DNA from: Bigelowiella natans CCMP2755
Lineage: Eukaryota; Protista; Cercozoa
Direction: 5' to 3'
DNA: 64,000 bases
NCBI GenBank assembly: GCA_000320545.1
Contig: ADNK01000029.1
Location: 124,001 to 188,000, forward strand
Shown: positions 54,517 to 64,000 of the stretch, one piece after another
How the letters are laid out: the number at the start of each line of letters is the position of its first letter
Numbering within the stretch: position 1 is the first letter of the stretch
Made by a program: the position numbers and the translations under genes
Notes under the pieces: model-generated
Database searches by the model: none
Seen by the model: only the letters and a program-made list of their open reading frames with translations
Told to the model about the DNA's origin: nothing

Positions 54517-57500
54517 TTACTGGTCTAACTTTCGAGTGGTAGGATTCGGGCTTGACGTTGTTGTCATTGATTTTGGAGCGTCCTCTGTGAGATACTTAAT
54601 TTTGAACAGACTTCGTCGACGACGAGTAGGAGTTCGTGCCCGACCTGATTCGTATAAGGTAATTAACATTTTGTTAGTTTGTATTCGTGCCATAACAAAG
54701 CAGATGCAGTGGTGATGCAAGTTTGCAGCAGCTAACAGTGAATGTATCAGACAAAGTGAATAACAATTTTCATATAATGATGGATACCAAGCACGTGATC
54801 GTGGTCTGTCTTGCTCGTCATCGACTGTAGTGACATATGGCTCATAGTAGTCGATTCGCTTCTAGCCCGTAAGTGAGAATTAGACTTATCGTACCTACGT
54901 AAAGTGGTTTTTTAAATCACAGTCAGAACTGCTCGACTATATGCGCCATTTCAAGTATTCAGGCATAATTTTCTTTAAGCTGATGACTTACTTTTTCACT
55001 TTCAACGAGCTGATACCGTCTACTGGTTTCGAATTAAATATGGCTTTAAAGTCGACCCTGTTGGTCGCAGCAGACAGCAGGAGCTTTTTAGTTAGAGAGT
55101 ATTCACAATTTGATTCAAGTTTGTCGCAACTACCTTTGTTGTTCTGGAAGAGACTTGTTGCTCTTTTCATCAACTGACGGGCTCTGTTGATGATGATTCG
55201 GGAACAAATAATCATTATAAAGGAGGAGGTGTCAAAATGTTACAACATGGATAAAACTTCCAGCAAAAATTGGAAATGATTTAGTGGATGTTTCTGGTTA
55301 GCTACCTTAGGGATTGTGGAGCGGCGTTTGTTTTGTTTGTTTTTTAGCACAATTGAGCCGAACATCAATGCCGCACGCTGGATGCACTCAAACTAGCAAC
55401 ACAGAAATACCGTTAAGTAAAAATAAATTTGGAAGAATGACAATAATACACTACCTTGGTGCGATCTATCAACATTCCTGCGACGCCTGTTTTAGCAGAA
55501 GTAAATTTTAGCCGTAGAGTGGATATTAGCGTAATTTGCTAAAATCTCACCTATGTTTTGGAGTTTCTCAAAAGCAAGATCATGGGCTGTAATTTCGTCC
55601 TTCCTGAGAAAGAAAGTCATGAGTCTTTTTGTTTTAGCACTGAATGATGACGATCCTGTGAAATAATCCGTATTATTATGGTGGTAATTTACCGGCTAAA
55701 GTCAGGGGAAAGGTAACTTTTGAAGATATGGCGTATCACCATTGAATGGCACACCTGAGAGGAGACGACACATACATCAAATGTTGTGTTCTCTTTACAC
55801 TCAATTCCGAGATGAATCATCATTTGTTCTCCTAAATATCGCTAGCCACACCGTATGCTGCTACATTTGGCAGTAGTACGTACGTATGTGCGGACAGTCG
55901 TTATTACCACTATCACGCTGTCGGAATCATCGTACATGATGTTCTTCATCATTTGGTCTATTCTCTCGGCGAAAGCTGATCTAGATTCCCCTGAAGATAA
56001 TGGTTATGATGATATCAATGGAAACAAAGCAAAGCATGCTTGGAGAGCCACCTTTTGAATTCCACCAGCGATGGACAGAGTCATTGGGCTTTATGTCAAC
56101 GTTCTTCACGTCATCACCCATCTCTTCGCCAAAGAGATCCTTAAATTCAGAGTGGATGTGGGGTATTATGTCCTTCCCACGAAACTGGCCAGTGCAATCC
56201 ATGCCCTAGTGGTGATGATGGTGTATATACATCAACAACGCCAAATTCAAAACTGACTTTGATGCTGCCTCTACAAAGAACGCGCACACACGCACACAAC
56301 CACACACACACACATACAGAGAGTGAGAGAGAGAGGGGGGGGGGGGGGGGGGGAAGATTTACCATAAGACTTCGTTTTTCCCTGGCGTCGGCTAGTAAAT
56401 GGATTCCATCATTCTTCACTTGGGGATGATCACGTAATGCCAACACTGCGGACTCCACAGCTCTATAGTAGTAGTAGTAATAGTAGTAGTAGTGTGATAA
56501 TGATGATGATGGCGATGATGATGTAAAAGAGACGTTTAGAAAGTCTCTGGTGAGACAATCTACAACACTTAAAAACAACACTTAAAAGCTCTTGTTTCAC
56601 AACCTTGTAAGAGGTGAACTGTACACTTTGTTCGCGTTGTAGAATCCTGTAACATTCATACCACTCAGAAGCGAAAATTATGGCAACCAATCTTGAAAGG
56701 GACGCTTACTACCCGTATACATTGGATTATCGGTCCTAGCAAACTGAGGTTCTTTCAATTTTTGGCGCAATTCTTCTGCTTGCTGAGCGCCTAACTTCGT
56801 GAGTCCATGGTCGATAATGCCGAAAGCTGTGAGCAAATCGAACTCCCGTTTTGCCGCGTTCCACTTAGACTGACCGTGGCGAATGAGGTACAACCACTTC
56901 TCCTACATCGAAAGACAAATAGCGAAAATGCTGCTTAAGCGTGAAGCATATACATATATGGACTACGGATGATGATCGGAGAGCACACAATTCAACCTTG
57001 GGAGGCGCAGGAACCATCTGAAGGACAACCTTACACATTCCATTCGGATTTGGGGTTACTTTCTTGTGAAGCGGTATTGAGATTGCCGCTTTTTGGTTGA
57101 GGTCCAAACGGGATGTCTCCATAACAATCTTTGCGATCTTCAAGTCAGGCTGCGGAAACGAACACGTTCTCAGAACTGATATTGAGGAATATGATACGTA
57201 ATTGAAGTTACCTGGCCCCCAAAGTTATCATGCCACACCTCAACTGTTAGATGCTTACCATTTGCTACAAGAGGCCTATCGATTAAAGATAATGCATTCA
57301 ATTCATTTTTCTATGTGACTTTCTTTCGCGAAAAGATAGGGGGATTGATGACATAATATATATATTTGCTGAAGTACCTGGTAGCATTCCAGACTGGGGC
57401 ACTTGAATCTGACTTTGTAATCCACTCTTCAACGTCATCGTTTGAATTTATATCATCATTTATTTTCATTCTCACATATGTATGACGTGGGCGCTCTTTT

Positions 57501-59152
57501 CCCTGATCATCGAGGATGATAGGCAGGTTCTCTAATCTCAACAATCGGATGTAGGTTTTCTTCCTCAGTGACCTCTTGTACATCTCTTGACTGACGAAAG
57601 GAAGCTCAAGAAAAGAAGCGACCTTCTGCAACGTGCTGTCATCAACCAGGTGTAACACACGTGAGAACCGTCTCCAGAACGTTGCTAATTCCTCCTTTCT
57701 CTGCTGTATGAATTTGCGCTCTCGGGATCCAATAATCTTTCCCTTTGGGAATTCAATCCCGGGAAAGTCAATAGACTTTTTGATCGAGTTCCAGAAGTTT
57801 TTCATTATCGTGAAATTTTTGGCAATCCACCATCTGGATTTGGGACCATTTACCTCCATGAGATAGCGGTATGAGTGGATGTCGGCATCATAAAAGCAAC
57901 TGCTCAGTGTAATGGAGTAACCAAAACGTATTCCATTCTCATTCTGGACGGGGCGGAATAACTTTGGACAATACTTGCTGGCAATTTTTATTTTTTTGAC
58001 GTTAAGGCTACCATCAATGTACTCTGTTCCCACCCATTCGACATTTTCGTCGTCGACCTTCGAGAAGCTAACCACGCCTTTGAAAAAGTCACCACCGTCC
58101 TTCACTTCAACCTCACGCCCTCGCGTCCACTGAATTTTCTGAAGCAAATTCCTGTTCAATATATTGACAGTTTTCGCTTCATTATTCGTTGGAAGGTACA
58201 ATTTGACCCATAGCTGGCACTCCTCGACCAAAAACTTGTTCACCAACCCAAGCTTCCACCTACAGTGCCGCCGCGAATACACCTCTGCATATGAGCCACG
58301 AGGAAAATGCACCAGGCGGTCGGCGATTTCGACAAACTCGGACCAGCTCTCTAAAAAGAGCTTGATAAAGCTTGCCTTACTTAGCTTTGTTTTCAAATCG
58401 ACCCGCCCCTCGATATATTCGAATAGAGAACTAAATACCTTCTTGATTTCAGCATCTGTACTGGAGCATCGAACTGATTCTAAAAGATGCTTTTTCATCT
58501 CTTCCAATAAAAGAGTGGGGGGTAAGACCTTTTCGACTTTTCCTTTTGCGACCTTGTGAAAGATTTCCTCGAGCTCCATTTTACGAGTGATCTCTATTCC
58601 ATTTTCGATACTTGTCTTCTCTTTGATTTCATGCATCATCGAGTCTGCTTGAGCAGCTTGCAAGGTCTTCAGCACAATGCCGAAGAAATTCACAGAGAAT
58701 TGCTCCCAAGTCACCATGTTTCTTCCTTCACTATCTATTGAAGTGAAGGTCTTATTTATGCTTTCAATAAGCTTCCTGCGTATATGCTCATAATTTCGTA
58801 CAAAATGCTCTATGATTTCCATCTTTTTTTGCTCGGGCATGTTTTTGGCCACTATGTAAGAAGGAAACCACTCTTCTGACAACATGCAAATATGACGCAT
58901 CATCTCCGAAAATTTTTGTTTCGTGAGAGCTCTGTGAGAATTAGCTTTGCAGTTGTGCATGAAGATTTCTTTCAGGCCCTTAAAGGGACCTTCTCCAGAT
59001 TTTGCAAGAGATTTGATACACTCGTCATAATCAACAGCACTCATATCAGCTTTATCATCAGCTTGGGCGTACTTGGCAAATACATTGCACAGGAGAGAAG
59101 AAAACTTGTCCCCCCCAAAAAAGAAGTGTTTCCCCCCAGGAGAGTTGCCCAT
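54517..59152 (-). CDS. Multidomain protein: N-myristoylation-like start, EF-hand-like, Tudor-like, PX, C2 and histidine phosphatase (PGM superfamily) domains
   Basis: First exon of about 1.8 kb (MGNSPG...; SIDSEGRNMVTWEQF; PX-like FPKGKIIGSRERKFIQQRKEEL...SFLE; C2-like YIRLLRLENLP...TYVRMKI...APVWN), then short exons LYLIRHGQSKWN...DHGLTKLGAQQA, RAVESA, AREKRS, VCHSMVIRHIF. The 3' exons are approximate. Confidence 0.75.
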
Positions 59153-59919
59153 TTCCTGATTATTACGAATGTGAGGAGGAGAAGAAGTGGGCGATATTCA
59201 GCTGGACCCAGCTGTCATCAATATCCTTGGAGATATATTCGCTACACTACTTAGGGTCGATTCCTTGTAATAAAATTCAGATAATGATTGTCTACTACTA
59301 TTACCTGTTGTAGTAATTCTCTTTTGCTTATCTGTTTTCTGCGTGTAAACTTTTGAACATTGCCTAGATCTACCATTTCAAGTGGTAGTGGAAGATGGGG
59401 TGGAGAAAAAGAGAATACATTCAGTGCCTTCACACTTCCGTTAGGTGGCTCTACACCTTTAGCTCTACCTCGATTTTCCTCTCTTCTTCTTCCTGCCTTG
59501 TCGTCATAATTCGTGATTAGCAGGTCTTTTAGATTGCAGCCACTGCCTCATCACTTGTTGGTATGTGTGTGTGTGTGTGTTTGGATGTGTGTTTAGCGCA
59601 GGTCTAGCCCCAACCAAGCCCGTTAGCCTCTCACTCCCCCAATCTCTTTGGAGTAGTTATGGAGAGCTCCTCCTTCACTTGTGTCGAAAAAATCTTATTG
59701 TCGCAAGCAGCGTTTTCCCACGAAATACGCATTCCCTTTTGACTCTGCGCCAAGCATATTCTGATGTCGCACTATGGTAATTCCTCACACACGAGGTAGT
59801 CGTCGGAACGAGAGCCCCCGGCGATGTGATTGATCCCATCGAGCGAGCCCCTTTCATCAGTGTATCGGCATTGTATGTGAAGATAAGTGGTTAGGAAATA
59901 ACCGTGGATTCTCAGCAGC

Positions 59920-62409
59920 ATGGAGTGGCATCGCCAATTGGCGCTAGTATTCCTTGCTCTCGTCGTTGTCCTTCACCCTAGGTTGAGATCTGGCATTGTT
60001 GATACTACTAGATTTACTTCGGTCAACTGCTGGAAATAATCCTCAGGGTTCGTCGGGCACCCCTCTTATCTGAATCTGTCAGTAGCGAGGTGAATCCGTG
60101 GAAAGTTTCAGGAGGTTCTACGATCGACTACGACAGGATCATACGTCAATTTGGGTGCAAAGAGCTGAACCCCCCTCTGCTCAAGCGCATGGAAGAAGTC
60201 ACGAAATTGAAATTACCACCTTTTTTAAGGTGAATAAGTTATATTTGATGCGAATCATCCAGACGTAGCTGACGAATCGTTCTAATTACATGAAAATACT
60301 AGACGCGGCTTTGGTGTCTCTCATAGAGATCTCGATAAGGTGACAGCTGGCTTGTATTCTCGAGCGACACATTCGGCGTAAACCTTCTATTTATATATAT
60401 TATATATGTGCTATCCCGCAGCTACTTAACCAATATGAGAAGGGAAGCAATTTCTACGTCTATACGGGAAGGGGCGCATCGTCTCAAAGTATGCATTTGG
60501 GGCATCTCCTCCCCTTTCTCCTGACGAAATGGTTACAAGAAGCTTTCAACGGTACTACCACATAATGTAGTAGTAGAAAATTTGCCAAGCCCAATAACGA
60601 ATTTGATTCACTTTATACATCTACATTTAGCCTTCGTTGTAATCCAACTCACTGACGACGAGAAGTATCTGTGGAAGGATCTCTCTCTGCCTCAAGTCCA
60701 TTATTTTTAACACGCGAAAAAAAATTCAACGTGTAAAACAATTTTCCCGCAGGCACAAACATTGGCTTGGGAGAACATTAAAGATATCATCGCTCTGGGT
60801 TTTGATCCTGAAAGAACAGTGGTAATGTCTTCGGTGACAGAATGAACATCCTCAGAAAATGATTATTCATGTTTGAACTACCAGATATTCCGCAATACAG
60901 ACCAGATCGCTACGCTGTATCCCAACGCGCTCCGAATCCAAAAGCATATAACTTTGAAGTAACCTCGCACTTTTTCCATTCAGTTTTTAGTGTTTTGAAT
61001 AGAAAAACTGCAACAACTTTCAGTCAGGTTTCCGCGACTTTAGGACTAAATGGCAGTGATAGCATCGGAAAATTCGCATTTCCAGCTTTGCAAGTTGTTA
61101 TATTGTATAAATATATTCAGTTCTGTATTTCTCATGGGATTTGTCATTCCTTCTTACTGTATCATTAATACACCCATTCACACTTAGGTAGCCCCGGCTT
61201 TTGCATCCACGTATCCAGCATCGATACAGAAGAAAATATCATGTAATCCGAGATAGAGTTATTGATTGGAAGGTCGCATAGCACTAAGCATGAACCTTGC
61301 AATTGGTTTCTGTAGCAATGGGATCTTCGAAAGAGGCACCTCCACCGTTGAGTAATAAAGCGGATCCCCTACCGTTGTGTCTCGTTCCGGTAATAATTTG
61401 GTAATGTGTTTGATACGCTCAGTAATTCATAGAGATTGTGCTGCATCTATGCGTTTTGTAATATCGCTTCAGTGCGCTGTGGACCAAGACCCATTCTTCA
61501 GATTAGCAAGAGATATCGCACACGTACTCGATGCTCCAAAACCGGTGTTATTGCACACAAGGTAATGAACTATAGGCATATGAACCAACATCTCCACATG
61601 ACTGCTGTGACACAAAAAATTAAAGGTAATCTAGTATGTACATCACGATTATAAATGTGATTCAGATTTTTGCCTTCGCTGCGAGGAATCGGGAGCAAGG
61701 TAGCCTCGTAATTCTCTCTGAACTTGGCTGTTAAGAGCTTTTACTCGGTGAAATGTGGAACAACCGATTTTTTTTAAATTCTAGGCGTCATCAAGCGAAA
61801 ACAATTCCTGCATCTTCCTCTCCGATTCTCCGGAAACCCTGAAAAGCAAAATGAATAGGTAAAAAACAACGATGCAACTGTGCGGTGATAACCTGACTCG
61901 ATTTGAGCTCAGGTATGCATTCAGCGGAGGACAGGCTACCGCAAAGTTACAAAGGGAACTTGGAGCGGTTGGCTCTTGAGAAATACACCGATAATAATGA
62001 TATCTTGGTTGTTGTCGCTCCTTCTGATTTTAAGATACTTTGTTCAGGATACGTCTGTGGACATTGCCTACCAGTATCTTCGCTACTTTCACCCAAACGA
62101 TACTCAGTAAGAAGAAAAAGTCAATTTGTAAACTTGCGTTATGTGAGTGTTGTGCCATTTGCACAATGATAGAGTGAAGCTTCTCGGTGAACAGTACAAG
62201 AATGGAGAAATTCTTTCTGGCCAGATTAAACAGGAAGCCATCCGTGTGTTGAGTGGCATCCTAAGTGAATTCCAGCGCAAACGTGCAAGGGTAAGTGCAC
62301 ACAATTAATATTTCAGCAAAACGATCTGTAGAATACTACATTTCACTTTTATTACTACGTATCGCAGGTCTCCGATCAGGATGTTCTCAAATTTATGCGT
62401 TTTGAATAA
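59920..62409 (+). CDS. WARS: Tryptophanyl-tRNA synthetase, eukaryotic/archaeal type, many short exons; N-terminus uncertain (may extend to about 59400)
   Basis: VNPWKV...[11 protein letters not shown]; [10 protein letters not shown]; [15 protein letters not shown] (HIGH-like); [11 protein letters not shown]; [14 protein letters not shown]; [15 protein letters not shown]; YAFSGG; ends [13 protein letters not shown] at 62409. Confidence 0.93.
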
Positions 62410-62881
62410 GGCGATATTCCACCAACATAGTTGATACTATCACGGTTGTACATGACATCATGATGGACTCAGGCACCGGGCATGCGCATAGGTTTTGCGC
62501 TGTAGATTATCTTGTCAATATCACCAAAAATATCCAGCAGCAACTCATCCAATAAACTAATGATTTCCGCTTGGAGTGCAAACCGATGAAGCTTTTGCGA
62601 ACGGCATGCAAATATAGCACGCGCTGTGTGTAACGTCGATTGAATACAACAACATACGGCAATGATTTTATGCGCATGCATCAATATTCCAACGCAACAA
62701 TAATTCAGCAAAATCAGCATCCCTGGAGTAACACTGAATATTTTTGCAGCTCGTTTGTCTACATGATCAACCGCAATGATATTATGCATGATAAGGCCTG
62801 TGTAAATTAACAATGCAATATACACACACTAATATCTCACTGGCATGGAGCGCATGTCGCTGCATGTAGCATGTTATAATG

Positions 62882-62965
62882 TATGAGATGAATGTAATTT
62901 GCAAAATAAATAAAATGAAAATTTTCAATCGTCATCCTAATGTAGCCACACAAAGCGGCAGACTA
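62882..62965 (+). repeat. Dispersed repeat, copy 7
   Basis: tatgagatgaatgtaat...attttcaatcgtcatcctaatgtagccacacaaagcggcagacta. Confidence 0.75.
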
Positions 62966-63524
62966 TGAAGTTAGTTTCTACGATTACTGTCTATTCATAC
63001 AGCATGTATATCTCAATATCCATATCTAGACCTGCTTAATGCAGTCATAGATCGAAAGATGGAAATGATGGATGAATCCCTGTCTTGACATTTTATCACG
63101 TTGCAAGTTCGGACGAGGCAAGTGTCCGCTAACAATGAGCTGAGCCATGCGCCGTTGGGCATGTGGTTCATGACATAGTACATGAAATAGGATATATATT
63201 GTTCTCAGTTGTACCACTGTACATGCGTGGTTGTGGCTGCGTGAACAAGAGTGGGGTCGTACCTAGCAATGCTTCATAGCTGCTACATACTAGCAATTGT
63301 ACAGCAATGATTGATGCGTACGTAGCTTGGTATTTTTTCAACATGGGTGAATGATCAAACATTCATTGACATTTATTTGCCTACCATGTATGAATGTTGC
63401 TATGATGCTGTTCGATCAAACGTCGGAAGAAGATCGATGTGACTTTCATCAAACAAGTCTACACAATACTACATTTGCATTGTAAATTTGCCTCAATCCA
63501 GTTACCGGCAAAACGTTCAGTATT

Positions 63525-64000
63525 TTATAGTACTCCTGACACTAACCGAAGATAAAGGAAAATACTGCTGGCTGCCAAACATGCAATTAGTCTTCTAGTC
63601 GTTTGCTGGGCACGTCTCCAGACCTCGCTATAACGCAGACGCGAATCCTGCAGCATAATAACTGCTGCCGGGTTGAACAAAAATGGCAGTATTTTATTTA
63701 AGATAAAGGTGCGTAAAACAAAGTTTATCATCCAAAACTTCTCTCGGAATCTGTCTTGGCCGTATTGATACGGCCATCCAACTTGCATGATTTGTACTAG
63801 ACTCTTGGCTTCTGGAGCTCGTATCTCTTCGTACCGAGTTGCTGCATTCTTGATGATATCCGGTGAATCCCCAGCAGCACCACCACTTTCGATCGAGAAA
63901 GCGTCCTCCAGATCGCAGATATCCTCCAGCGCTGCATTGACACCTTGTCCAAGATCCGGCGGGAAAGCGTGTAAAGAATCTCCCACTAACACGCAAGTAC
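63525..64000 (-). CDS. FAD-dependent monooxygenase (kynurenine 3-monooxygenase-like), C-terminal part
   Basis: GD motif LVGDSLHAFPPDLGQGVNAALED followed by YEEIRAPEAKSL and a hydrophobic C-terminal tail. Truncated by the window end. Confidence 0.85.
   Translation of the reverse strand, partial: TCVLVGDSLHAFPPDLGQGVNAALEDICDLEDAFSIESGGAAGDSPDIIKNAATRYEEIRAPEAKSLVQIMQVGWPYQYGQDRFREKFWMINFVLRTFILNKILPFLFNPAAVIMLQDSRLRYSEVWRRAQQTTRRLIACLAASSIFLYLRLVSGVL

Noticed and set aside
23660-62409. Functional cluster of translation/tRNA genes (METAP1, RNA ligase, TYW5, TrpRS)
   Set aside because: They are interspersed with unrelated genes on both strands, and such housekeeping genes are common enough to co-occur by chance.
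16001-62965. Dispersed hairpin repeat as a CRISPR array or tRNA-derived SINE
   Set aside because: Copies are not regularly interspaced, the context is eukaryotic, and no A/B boxes or poly(A) tail are evident.

Overview
Intron-rich eukaryotic nuclear DNA with short GT-AG introns and abundant microsatellites. The style suggests a protist such as a chlorarachniophyte/rhizarian, but that is inference. Hand-splicing gives 14 protein-coding genes: DmX-like/Rav1 WD40 (+, 5'-partial), NF-YB (-), TPR protein (+), ATPase inhibitor IF1-like (-), MetAP1 (+), T4 Rnl1-like RNA ligase (-), four-domain EEEE voltage-gated Ca2+ channel (+), TYW5 JmjC hydroxylase (-), isochorismatase-family hydrolase (+), unknown low-complexity/Zn-ribbon protein (-), EF-hand actin-bundling protein (+), PX-C2-histidine phosphatase multidomain protein (-), eukaryotic-type TrpRS (+) and an FAD monooxygenase (-, 5'-partial). 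The most striking signal is architectural. All 14 genes strictly alternate strand, giving head-to-head pairs separated by tail-to-tail spacers. The tail-to-tail spacers have a distinct CTAG/TAGC/TGCA/CATG-rich composition and hold all seven copies I found of an ~85-bp hairpin-forming dispersed repeat. Most short ORFs in the supplied track are microsatellite or intron read-through artefacts. Gene boundaries are manual and approximate where stated.
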